Assembly: GCF_009914755.1 (NCBI RefSeq)
Contig: NC_060925.1
Origin: the human T2T-CHM13v2.0 reference genome, Homo sapiens
Direction: 5' to 3' (one strand)
Length of the DNA stretch: 64,000 bases
Shown here: one piece after another, positions 25,501 through 41,490 of the stretch
Layout of the letters: each line of letters begins with the position of its first letter
Position numbering within the stretch: position 1 is the stretch's first letter
Translations under genes and position numbers: made by a program
The notes under the pieces: generated by a model
What the model was told of the DNA's origin: nothing
The model's database searches: none
The model's input: only the letters and a program-made list of their open reading frames with translations

Positions 25501-27829
25501 GAAAGAAACTCCTAAATTTGGGAATATAAAATCTATTTATGGCTTCACTTTTTTTCTTTTGTCTGGCTTCCCTTATTTCATTCACCAAAGTCATTCCACG
25601 TGAAATTTTAAATTAAAAAAAAAAAAAACAAGCCATTGTAATTATTCACTTAGTAGATGAAACAGCACTCTACTACTTCTAGTCCATTTACCATCTTTTA
25701 AATTTGTTTATACTTTGAAGATATAGAAATATATTCAGTTAAAACAATCTGTTTGAAGACATGGATTTCAATTGACCAGTTTTATTTCTTCTTACAGAGA
25801 AGTGATATATTCCTCTTTGAAAGTCATACAAAATAAGACACTATACTTTATAATGAAATCACATAGGAGTTTTACTGGCCTTTTATTAGGAATTAGTTGC
25901 TTCTTGATATATTTTAAAGTTTTTTATTGTGAGTTTTTATCATTAGATAATAATAATGTGGTACCAATTATTTTAATAATATAAGGATAAACTTGAACAC
26001 TCAAAGTTAGCTCCTCAATGTCTCATAAGTTACATATTGGCTCAAAGTTGTTGGCTATAAAACAGTATGTTGGGTCAATGGGTAAAGAGCAGGATTCTGT
26101 ATTTTGGCATGTAAGATGCGCACAAATTGTCAAACATGGGAAGTCCAGTTGGAAAATGTATATGAATGGCCAAAAATTTAGGCTTTCTCACTAAAAAGAA
26201 TAATTTTGTCCCCAAACTCCATATACTTTTTTGTTGAACATAGAATGTTTGTAATTATAGTAGTAATAGCACTGAAGATAAGAAAAGATTGTGACATTAA
26301 CAGAGAAAAATGGTATTTTACCTAGAAAACAATTTCCCTATAGCAGCTTCTGCTTTGTAATATTTTACAGAATCCTTAACATATAACGTAGTATTTTAAA
26401 ATAGTGTAGATTTGCTAGAAAGACATAGTATACATTTGACAGAGAAAAAAATCAAAGCAAATATAATTTTATGCTTGATTATTTTTAGACTTTTTAAAAA
26501 AGAATAGTTTTTGTTGTCGCTTTGGTTTCAGTAATAGAAAAACTCAAGAAATTGTATTTTCTCTACCTTATTTGATGTATTTATACAGTTATATATTTAG
26601 CCCTGTTTAAATTGATCAATCAAGACACGAGGCTAGAAAGCTGCTAATGCTGCCTTGATGTTCAAAACCTCTTTGTGTGAAGGTTGACTCAGAGAATTAT
26701 GTCAGTTAGATTTTTTCCTCAAGATCTAACTGGCGCTTGGTTTACAAAACTCAAAATGAATCCAACAAAAATAAGCTGGAAAAGGACTAGCTGTCCTCAT
26801 TTGTCCTGCTGTCCTCTTTTCAAGCTATTTTTTTCCTTTCGTGGTAAAGTTTTTACTTTGGGGTTTCTAAAATGCCACAGCTAGCTGTATTTACATTTTG
26901 AATACCTAGTCATGTGAAAGCTTTAATTCTCTATTGGCACAGCTTTGAATGATGTGTTTCTTTGAGAATAATCCAAATAGAATGTTCTGGACTCACAAAC
27001 AGCTGATGCTACCTCTTATGTGTATGAAAAGAACAAGCAGAGTCTTCACAGTAATGGAATGATTCTAGAATAATTTGTACTGCTGCTAGAATAATTTGTA
27101 CAACTAAAATAATTGGATCGCTTTAAAGACAATGTTATTAGAATCATATGTTCAGTTCCTGTTATAGTAGATGCCCGACCAGAGGGAGGACCTTGACAGA
27201 AATAAAGTGTCATTATCAAGAGAAGTTGTGCAATGTGACAGAATGAAAGGAAAAGAAAATCACCTTAGAATCACTTAGGGAGCCTGTCCTTGAAAGGAAA
27301 GGCTACCTTGAGGACTTTGAAGGGGCTTTAGTTACTAGGGTAAAGATGTGACTAGTTCTGTCTTGGAAAACAAAATAATACTTGGGAATCTGGGGGTTAT
27401 CAATGAGTTTAAAGGAGAGGCTGGTATGACTTGATAAAGTCTGCTGAAGCAAACAAGTCTATATCACCACTTCTTGGGCCAATTTCCAGCCTGAGTAATA
27501 GCTGTATTCAAACTAAAATAGCTAATTGCTATAGCTAAAAAGCTTTCTACTCAAGCCGGAGGCTGAGAAGTCACTTTTCTGTGAAAAATTGCTGTGAAAG
27601 AGCACCAGCCTCCACTCTAATCCCATACCCAGCCTCCAGGGACATCCTCCCCTACTCTGCCCTTCACTCCTGCCACCTGAAATTCACACCCCACCCACTG
27701 TTTCCGTGACTTACTTCAGGGAGACTCAGAAACCCAACTTCCATATTTTGAACATGTAATATTTGTGTACTTAAAATCTCCTCTCCGGTGTTTGAAAACA
27801 TTTCAAAGTACCCATACAAAGCTTTTGCT

Positions 27830-28370
27830 TTTCTCCTTAGTTTCCTCCAACCCTAATCTTTCCCATCTCAATAAGTGGCACCACTGGCCCTCTGATGTCA
27901 TTCCAGGAAGTCATCATTGACGATTATCTTTCTCTCATGCTTTACATCCAGTTCATCACCAATTCCTGTTAATTCTACTCCCAGAGTATATATTGAGTCC
28001 ATCCATTTCCACTGCTACCTCTTTAGTTAAACTCATCATTATAGACAAACGTAATGACCTTCCCACTGCTCTCTCCACTGCCTCTCTCGTCCTCTATGAC
28101 CCATTCATCAGACAGCATACAAGGTGATTGTTTAAAAAATGCCTCAAAAACTCACTCTTCTTTGCTTAAAACCTCCCAATGTCTTCCCTCTGCTCTTAAA
28201 ATATATCCAGCCCCTTCACTGTAACTCCAAGATACTACATGAAATTTATCTTAACTCCCCTCTTCAACTTTATTCCATACGATTGCTGCTCAGTTTGTTA
28301 CAGCCACCCTGGTCTTCTCCTGTTTCTACAATATGCCACACTAGTTACTTCCTTAGAGCCTATTCCTCTA
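27830..28370 (+). mobile_element. L2 fragment
   Basis: TCCCATCTCAATAAGTGGCACCA and CTTTGCTTAAAACCTCCCAATG L2 motifs. Confidence 0.75.
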
Positions 28371-28392
28371 CAGGAATTGAAAACAACCAGAC

Positions 28393-28800
28393 TGATAAAG
28401 AAAATGTGGCACATATACACCACGGAATACTATGCAGCCATAAAAAAGAATGAGTTCATGTCCTTTGCAGGGACATGGATGAAGCTGGAAACCATCATTC
28501 TCAGCAAACTAACACAGGAGCAGAAAACCGAACACCACATGTTCTCACTCATAAGTGAGAGTTGAACAATGAGAACACGTGGACACAGGGAAGGGGAACA
28601 TCACAAACTGGGGCCTGTCAGGGGGTTGGGGGCAAGGGGAGGGAGAGCATTAAGACAAATACCTAATGCATGTGGGGCTTAAAACCTAGATGACGGCTTG
28701 ATAGGTGCAGCAAACCAGCATGGCACATGTATACCTATATAACAAATCTGCAGGTTCTGCACATGTATCCCAGAACTCAAAGTAAAATAAAAAAAGAAAA
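28393..28800 (+). mobile_element. 5'-truncated L1PA8-like element
   Basis: ORF2 C-terminus KKMWHIYTTEYYAAIKKNEFMSFAGTW; 3'UTR CCTAATGCATGTGGGGCTTAAAACCTAGATGACGG; perfect 14-bp TSD GAAAACAACCAGAC (28379-28392 / 28801-28814). Confidence 0.95.
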
Positions 28801-29059
28801 GAAAACAACCAGACCATAAGACTACACATTCCATGTGCAGCCACCACAGTTTCATCCTTTCTTGTCAAACTTCTCAGCACACAGTTTTCAAGCATCACTC
28901 ACTAATGTCACCAGTGCATGCATTATCATCAAATCTAATGTCCTCTTGTCTTTTTTGTCCTTGCTAAAGCAATGGACATTCCTGTATACATTCTACCTTT
29001 CGGAAATTATTTCCATGGGTTTTGGGGAACTTGGTGGCAATGGGTATCAGAGGAAACTT

Positions 29060-29260
29060 ACCATGTTAAGAATTATGCTGCCAGGGCTGCTGAGTTCTAT
29101 TTCCAGCCCTGCCACTTATTAGATATATGATCTTGAGAAAGGTACTTAAACTCTCTAAGACTCAATTCTCTCACCTACAAATTCAAGCAACTACTTGGTG
29201 GTGTAATGTACATAAGGTGCCTAGCACAATGCCTGGCATGGAGTGAACATTAAATAAATA
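29060..29260 (+). mobile_element. MIR
   Basis: CCAGCCCTGCCACTTATTAG...CTCAATTCTCTCACCTACAAA...CCTAGCACAATGCCTGGCA. Confidence 0.75.
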
Positions 29261-30542
29261 AAACCTAGTATTATTATATGGTTCAATAGCCAACTTTAAA
29301 AAGAAGTAGTATGGTATATAATCACAAGAAATCCTGAAATCATTATTATTTGGTATGAGAGGAATGAAAATAAACCCTTCTAAGACCGTCAAAACCCATT
29401 TATTCAACCATTTTGCTTTATTGTCTTTCTACATTTGAACTCTGGGGTGAGCACAACTTGCTCTCACAATAATGATTTAAACTAGTGAAGGCCAAAAAGC
29501 CAAATTTTCCCCAGGCTATAATTGTGATAAATTTAAGATGTGTTCTAAGAGAGTGATACATTGACCCAAATTCACTAAAGTACTTCTAATTACGATGTTG
29601 TTTATTACTATGACAAGTGTTTTGACCACAGGACTGATGTTAGATTCAAAGAGAGGTTTTGTTAACTTGCTGTAAATTTTAAAGTATGTGGGCTGTGTTT
29701 TGAACAAAACATGAAGCTCTAATAATAGCAGGATCATTTTTTAAAGCTCCAAGAAATACATGGGTAGACAATCATTTTTATTTAAAAGATATCTTATAAT
29801 TAGATTAAAATGTTTTTTCCCCCATACTGAAAAAAAGACAGGGTTAGCTGTTCAGAGGCTGAGATAAGCATTCTACCTACAGGCTTCCAGAAAACCTAAG
29901 AGAATGACACATGGCCTCCAGAAAGCAGAGAGCAGAACACTAGCACATACAAAAGATGGTAGGGATTCAAGGAGAAAAAATAAAACGATGCCAGCACTCA
30001 AAAATTACCTCATTAATGGCTTCCTTGGATTACTTACTGCTTGAAATGTGAGGGAAGCATCTATCAGGGGTTTTCCTCCAAATTAAAACAAATAATAAAA
30101 TTACATATGATTTCAGTACATTTGCTTCAGGCTCTTAAAAGATAGGAGGGGAAAGAGATGGATAGCTCATGTTGCTACCCATAAAGACATAAGCAATGTA
30201 CTAAAAGGCACCGGTATTCAGAGAGGCACATTTCCTAAGATGCTACTTGCTCTCCACAGTGGCCAAGCTGATGCTGACTGCAGCATATACATTATTGTTG
30301 GTCATTAGCCCATCTGATCCTCATAACACGAGCAAGGAGAATTTGGGTCACACATCCTTAAATCTAGACCTGGGCCTTTCATTTATATTGTATTAAGTGT
30401 GGAAAAAAGAAACACCTAATTTAAAATGGTAACACACATCCAGCTTTCACAACTCTTCTATTTTTCCTTTTGTGATTTCTTTCCTCCTCCAAGGTCTTGC
30501 TTTCAGTTACAAATAATACAGAAGTGTTTTTCAAGGTAAGAT

Positions 30543-30617
30543 CCAATTATCAATGACGTCAGACTTATCATGGGCGGGGGGGTGGTGACTAATCCGGCAT
30601 ATTCCTTGGCCACGCCC
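30543..30617. promoter_or_regulatory. Promoter/enhancer-like motif cluster
   Basis: CCAAT 30543-47, perfect CRE TGACGTCA 30554-61, GATA site CTTATCA 30564-70, GC box GGGCGGGG 30572-79, AP-1-like TGACTAA 30586-92, KLF/SP GGCCACGCCC 30608-17. Four CpGs retained in unique sequence. Confidence 0.5.
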
Positions 30618-31609
30618 TAGACCTAGTGATCCAGTTAAGCTCCCTCTCCAATTTGAGAGCTATTGGGTTTTTTGAAAAACATATTAAAGAATTGAAATCT
30701 CTTCTAAAGTCCTTAAGACAGCATGACCTGTGTCTTGTTTATTTTTAATCCCTCAAAATGCTGAGCAAAGTTGCTGGCATAAAAAAGGTAACCAGTAAAG
30801 ATCTGTTACGTAAAACAAATGAACAGCAGTTGAATTTCAGTCACCAGCATTAATCAGGTGATCCTCCCTGTGTTCCACAAATACTATCCAGCCAATCTTT
30901 CTACTAAGCAGTATTAGGGACATTGGGGAGTACCCTGGGAACAGCTACTTTATAGTAGCTTCAGGGTCCCAGTGAGGTAATGACTATGAGGTGGTACTTT
31001 CTTTTTTCTTGCAACACAAAATGGCACAGTAGCTCTCCTAAGCTGAGGCTACAGAAAGGAAGAGAGTTGCTTACAAGGGGAAATATATTCAATTCTAGAT
31101 TTGAACAGTTGATTGGAGAGTTATTATTTGATCTCAGAGGAATTAGCTGAATACTTAGTTATACATTTCTGTCAACTGCTGCTTCCTATGGGAGGATTTC
31201 TGTATAACAACGTCTTACAATTTTCATCTAAGGAATTTTGTTAGTTACTTTTAGCTTCCAGGCATATGCAGTTTTAAACATCCAGGATAGTATGACCTAA
31301 TGGGAAATTGTTTCAATCTGCAACTGACTTACCAATATAAATGCCAGTGTAAACCCAATGGCCAATCTTATAAGTGTGTAGCACCTTATAGAGTTTTCAA
31401 GCATGCTCATAAACAGATAGGATAAGTACCATTGTAAGGTAGAGTCACTAAGGAGTAGTCAATGCAGGGACACAACTGATCCCTTTGTCTTTTCCCTCTG
31501 TTATCCATTTAATTCCCCCTTTTCTCCAGCTATCCCCTCAGTAACTCTCAGAGATTTACTTGGTGGTGTAACCCAAATTCTCCTTGCTCATGTTACCAGG
31601 ACCAGATCA

Positions 31610-32160
31610 ATAGTCCTACTTGGGGAATGTGTTGTTTCCTGTGCCAAAAGAGGCCTACCAGGTACTATGCTTCCCCCTTTTTTGTGGTGGGCAATGCAAG
31701 GTATAACAATTTCTGTTTTACATTAGAAGGATGTAATGGCACACTCTGACTACTGAAGCCCTAAAAACTTACTGTTGTGATGAGTCCCAGGATCTTCATG
31801 AGGTTTGTTTTCTACTCTCTGGAGCACATGTAACTTACCAAGGCCTCCAGCATACCAGCCACCTCTTACTCATCTTGCTAGATCAACATGATGTCATTGA
31901 TTTGATAGATCAATATGGCATTCTGTGAGATGTCCAGGTCATCCTAATCTATTCAGACTATATCAGGACAGAAAATAAGAGAAAAACTGTGAACATATAT
32001 TGCTGCCTATTCCATGTGGATGCAAACTATTTCTGGCCCTCTTTCCTAACTAAGATAGAAAAAAAGCACATTTGTCCAATCACTGCATGCTTATGACATA
32101 CCTGAAGCCACATTAATCTACTCTAGCCAAGGTACTACCTTTGGTATGGCAGACACCTAC
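31610..32160 (-). mobile_element. ERV-L class internal pol (reverse transcriptase) remnant
   Basis: Manual minus-strand translation gives KEGQK*FASTWNRQQYMFTVF, IYQINDIMLI and KLLYLALPTTKKGEA*YLVGLFWHRKQHIP. These correspond in order to ERV-L RT motifs (QKQFAFTW.GQQYTFTVL, YIDDIML, PTTKKEAQ.LVGLFG). Confidence 0.85.
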
Positions 32161-33229
32161 TAACATATCTACCCACTTACCAGAATCTGTAATCACAGGC
32201 ATTTTCCCTGATCATTATCAAAGATAATGGTAATCTTTGATAATTATTTCTGTGTTTCACTAGACCCCTATGTTCTCTTCAGGAACATAATTTCAGTAAT
32301 TCCTCTCTTTTTGTCCTACATCAAATTTCTTTCTCCTCATTATTATTGCCATTAACATGTATAAGATAGACACATGCCCTTATTTATTTATTACAATAAA
32401 ACCTCTTGACCTGACTTTCTTTTTTAGCTACAGAGTCATTTCACTTTTCCCTTTTGCAACAAAACTCATAGATTTGCTAAACTCCATTTCGCTCCCACAG
32501 TTCTCTTTTAAACACATTCCAAACAGACTTTTGTGACCACCAATCTACCAAAGCTTCTCTTTTCAACTTGACCAATATTCAAATGAGATCCAATGGTCAT
32601 ATTTTAGTACTTGTTTTAATTTACCTAATGAAACATCTAATGCATATGATCACTCTTTCTTAATAAATTTTATTCGTCAGTCTGTTTTTGTGTTCTTTCT
32701 TGGTATCTATTGCTAGTTCTCTTTCTCCTCCATGGTCTTTGGGCTTTTTCTTTTCTGCGTACACACTTTTGCTCTGTCATTCAGTATAACCACCTCACAG
32801 CTTAAGTACTGTCTACGTGCTGACAGTCTCACAATTTATGTCTCCAGACCAGCCCTCTCCCTTAAATTCCAGATTTGCCTATCTTCCTTTCTACTAAATA
32901 CACCCACAGAGATGTCTAATATTCATCTAAAAATCAATAAGTCTAAAATTAACTTCTGATCTCACCTGCAGCTTCCCACATCTCAATAAACAGCAACTCC
33001 TTCGTTTGGGACAAAGCCTTGGTATCCTCTTGACTCCTTTCTTTTACTTGTAACCTACATCCTTTCTGTCAGGAAATCCTGAAGATTTTGCCTTCAAAAT
33101 ACATCCAGAATCCAACCATCCCTTCTACCATCTTCCTGGTTTGATCCATCATCATCTCTCAAACGGATTCCTCAAATAGACTTCTCACTGGTTTTGCTGC
33201 CTAACTCTTACTTCCTTCAGTCCATTTCT

Positions 33230-33294
33230 TTTTTATGAGATAGGGCCTTATTCTGTTGCCTAGGGTGGAGTGCAGTGGTGTGATAATGGCTCAC
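33230..33294 (-). mobile_element. Severely 5'-truncated Alu (about 65 bp) with TSD
   Basis: T-tract + GAGATAGGGCC...GGAGTGCAGTGG...GGCTCAC, flanked by CTTCAGTCCATTTCT / CTTTAGTCCATTCTT. Confidence 0.8.
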
Positions 33295-33521
33295 TTTAGT
33301 CCATTCTTAATACATCAGCCAGATAGACTGTAACACTTATCTGCTCCAAACCTTGCTAAGCTCTTCAGTCTCCAAAAGATAAATGCAAAATTCCTCAAGA
33401 GTTCCTAGAACCTTAGATGATGTGGTCCCCATTACTACTCTAGCTCACTTCCTTTCTCATCTACTCTTCACCAAATCTCCTAGCTATTCTGGAGTATTTT
33501 AGGCAGGATCCCATCACAGGA

Positions 33522-33748
33522 TATATATATTAATAAGATATACATGTATATAAATACTTGTGTGTGTGTATATATATATACACACACATATATAATGTGT
33601 ACATATATATTTATATATGCATGTATGTATATATTATATATTATATGTGCATATTATAAATATGTATATTATATATGTATATTATGTGTGTGTATTACAT
33701 ATTATATGTGTATATATACATAGATACACACGTATATGTATATATGTT

Positions 33749-33782
<34 letters not shown>
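33522..33782. repeat. Complex (TA)/(TG)/(CA) low-complexity microsatellite
   Basis: Direct reading. Confidence 0.95.
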
Positions 33783-34129
33783 GGGTCTATTGACTATGAC
33801 TGGAATATTCTTCCTTCAACTCCTGCAGGTATTTGCTCATATGTCCTTTCTCAATTGGATCTATTCTAACCACCCTGTTTAAATTGAAACTGCCTTTTCT
33901 CATGACCCCTGAAATCCTATTCTGCTTTAGCTTTTCATTTTCCCTTAGCACTTACATTGTTTTACATGTGATATAAATTATTTATATATAATATATGTTC
34001 TTTCTTCTGGTTAGAATGTAGGCTTCATTTCCTCAGTGATATCCAAACTCTTAGGATAATATTGGCATAAGAGGGCCTCAAAAAAATATTTGATGAATGA
34101 ATAAACGGACTTCATTAACATTACAAAAC

Positions 34130-35080
34130 AAGATCTGAATAAATAGGTATATTGTATCGCAAAAGGATAGACTATCTTAACAATATCAATTCTCCTCAAA
34201 TTTACAAAAATTCAATCCCAAATAACTGACCTTAAATTATAAAATTCAAAACTAAATCCAGACTATCCCAAACAATTATAAATGAGAAGAATAAGATTGG
34301 TAGTGGTATTGCCACTGGTCTAGATAAATAGATCAATGGAATCAAATAAAGAAGATATACTATGTAGCAACTTTGAACATTATAGTGATGGCCTTGCAGA
34401 TCACAGGTAAAATAAATGAAAATGAGAAATTCATATCATATGAAAAGTATAATTATATTCCCATTTCACAAAATTAATTCCAAGTTGCTTAAAGAACTAA
34501 ATATGAAAATAGAACCTTAAAGCATTTAGAATAAACATAGGAGACTACTTTTATGACGTGGTGTAGAAAAACATTTCTTAACCAAGACTTCAAAGAGACA
34601 AATCACAAAAGAAAAGATTAATAAATGTGACTCCATTATGACAAAACACATATAAACAAAGTCTTAGCCACTTAGAGACAATAGTGGCAAAATATTTAAT
34701 GGCTGAAAGATTAGTATTTATAATATATGCATTTTAAAAGCTTACAAATCTCTAAGAAAAAGAGAAACTTCACAAACAAAAACGTAAGCATTCATATCAC
34801 AGAATAAATGACCCATATAAATGTGGAAAGATTAAAACTACAATAACATAGTATTTACAGCCATCCAAGAAATAAATATTAATAACTCTGGCAATATTAG
34901 AAGATGACACTAGTATAAATTGGTACTATTTTAGAGAATAATCTGAAATATCTAATGAGAGTAAAAAATACATACCTTAAGACTCTGCAACACCTTTAGG
35001 CAAATCCTCTTGAAAAAATATTACCTCTATGCTCAAGGAAATATACAAAGTTGTCCCCTATGAAATTTCTACAAATAGCA
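34130..35080 (+). mobile_element. Diverged L1M ORF2 3' region
   Basis: AGATAAATAGATCAATGGAATC and CAAAATTAATTCCAAG...AAAGAACTAAATATGAAAA motifs. Confidence 0.75.
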
Positions 35081-35772
35081 GTTAATGACAAGACAGGAAT
35101 TTGTAGTCGAAGAAGACAAATTTATAATTTGATATATTTAAGCTGAGTCATTTGAAACATGATGAAAAATGTGGTTGATGGTTGGAGTAGATTGTTTGAA
35201 ATAAAGGGAACCAAGGAATTGTAAAATCAGGATGTTAGAAGCATCCTTAGTGAAACTACAGGCAAAAGATGAAATGGAGATAAAGGCTACAACCTAATTA
35301 TTAGAATTCTTGAGAAATACAGAGAGTTTCTCTCTGGAAAGAAAAACATTAAAGAGGATCATGAAAGGGGGAGACTTGCACTTCAAAAGAGAAATCTGAT
35401 TTAGTTTGCAAAACAATAATGGAAATTGCCTTGTGAGTCAGGAGAAGAGAGAAAAGAATATCAATAGACAGATCTCAAAGAAACATGAGATGACAAAGAA
35501 TAAGTCTAATTAAATTAATGAGAAAGAATAGCAATTTGCATGTCACTTATATGCAATTCTCCATTTATTCCATGTTTCTTTATTTTCAGTTGTAAAGATA
35601 AAGATTGTATGATGTTACAAAACATCCAGAATTATATTTCTAATCTTTTCCAATTGTTTGATTAGAAACCTTGATGTGATCAAGAGTAATTATCAAAGCA
35701 AACACCAGGCTTGGCAGTCAGGCAGATGTACAGCCTCTTCCTCTATTGCCTATGATATTCTGAATAGGAAGG

Positions 35773-36199
35773 TGATATAGCTTGGATATATGTCATCTTT
35801 AAATCTCACATTGAAATGTAATACTCAGTGTTGGAGGTGGGGCCTGATGGCAGGTGATTATTGGATCATGGAGGTGGATTTCGCATGGTTTAGTTCCATC
35901 CCCTTGGTGCTGTCCTCCTGATAGTGAATGAGCTCATGAGATCTGGTTGACTAAAAGTGTGACACATTACCTCCCACTCTTTCCTTGGTCATGTCTGACT
36001 TGGTCATGTAACATGCCTGTTTCCACTTTGCTTTCTGCCATGAGTGAAATCTCCCTGAGGCCTTTACAGAAGCTGAGTAGATGCTGGTGCCATGCTTCCT
36101 GTGTAGCCTGTGGAATCATGAGCCTATTAAAACTCTTTCCTTTATAAATTACCCAGCTTCACATATTTCTTTATACCAACACAAGAATGGACTAACATA
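35773..36199 (+). mobile_element. MST-like MaLR solo LTR
   Basis: TGATATAG...GGACTAACATA termini; perfect 5-bp TSD GAAGG (35768-72 / 36200-04). Confidence 0.93.
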
Positions 36200-36276
36200 G
36201 AAGGCATAGCTTTGTTGATCACTTTTGGTTGAATTTGAAGATGCTGTAAACTGAAGCCCATGTGAAGAAGAAATAA

Positions 36277-40369
<4,093 letters not shown>

Positions 40370-40999
40370 AAGAAGAAATAAGCAAAATTTATTTTTTCTC
40401 TTTCATTTTTAATTTGCTATCCTTATTGGATATCAGATTTATGATAAGTATTTTAAATATCAATTTAGTCTGGAATCCTGGAAAAGAAGGAAAGAAGGAA
40501 GGAAGAAAGAGGAAGAAAAGAAGGGAAAAAGAAAGAAATATGGGGTTAAGCAAGTCTATTAAATTGGGTTAATGACTATATTACCAGTTGAAAGGGCCTC
40601 AATCTTTTAAATGAAGCCATGATAAAACAGTAAAATTAATTACCAAAGAGCCACATTAAGAATGGGAAAAAGACCCATTGAGTAGACAGGCAAGGAAGGG
40701 CTGATTTTAAGAACCTCTTATGGCATTCTACTCTCCAACCAGGCCCCTTGTCATCTAAACCATCGGATACTGCAAAAGAACTTCTGTTTTTTCCTCACCC
40801 ACTATTCCTAATCTTGAATCTTATTTAATGAACAAATACTGGTTAAATGTAGACTTAACATTAAAATGTATTTACTGAAATATATTGATCTTATTAAAAA
40901 TAATATTAAAACTTCTTGAGATATTCTCAATAGTTGGTTTGATTTAATTTTTGAAAAGTTCCAAAGAACTATTTTTGAGCTCCAGTGTTTAATAGTCAA

Positions 41000-41490
41000 A
41001 AATTGGGGCATAGATGCATCACCACCTTATGTGGGATCTGCCTCTCTGCGCCATACACGTGTGGAACTCAGAGCAAGCCACGTCCCCTCCTCTGGCCACA
41101 GTTAATTCATATGATGGTGGTTAACTCATTCAAGTAGAGTCAGAATCCCTTTACCCAGAATTTGGAATTGGGACTAAGAGACCAATTCAGTTCCTTTCCA
41201 GAAAGGAATTTAGTAGTGTCTTGTTTGAGAACCTGAGAAGCACAGTGAGTCAATGTATGAAGAGAAAGAACAAAGCATATGTGAAGGGAGGAATAGGAAG
41301 CCTCAGAGAATAATAGAGAGTAAAGATGAGGAGAGGAGCTTGAAAAAGTATTCTTGGTTTCAAGGGCTTGGATGCATTTCAACTGTAGAGTTTCACGAAA
41401 TCATTCAGTCTTTTTATAGTAAGTTATTTCTCCTTAAGCTGGTTTAAATGGGTTTTCTGTTATTTGAAAACCAGAGTCCTAGCTATTATA
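41000..41490 (+). mobile_element. Old ERVL-type LTR (LTR33/LTR16-like)
   Basis: CCTCTGGCCACAG and terminal CTTAAGCTGGTTTAAATGGGTTTTCTGTTATTTGAAAACCAGAGTCCTAGCTATTA. Confidence 0.6.

Larger units (their letters stand above)
32270..34105 (+). mobile_element. L2, including its 3' end, interrupted by a micro-Alu and a microsatellite
   Basis: ATCTCCAG/GATGTCTAAT/CCCACATCTCAATAAACAGCA-type motifs; terminal AAATATTTGATGAATGAATAAA. Confidence 0.8.

Noticed and set aside
27065-27116. Repeat-spacer pattern as CRISPR-like
   Set aside because: Only 2-3 units with 2-5 bp spacers, in eukaryotic DNA, and no cas genes.
40480-40540. GAAG/GAAA purine-rich tract
   Set aside because: Ordinary low-complexity sequence.
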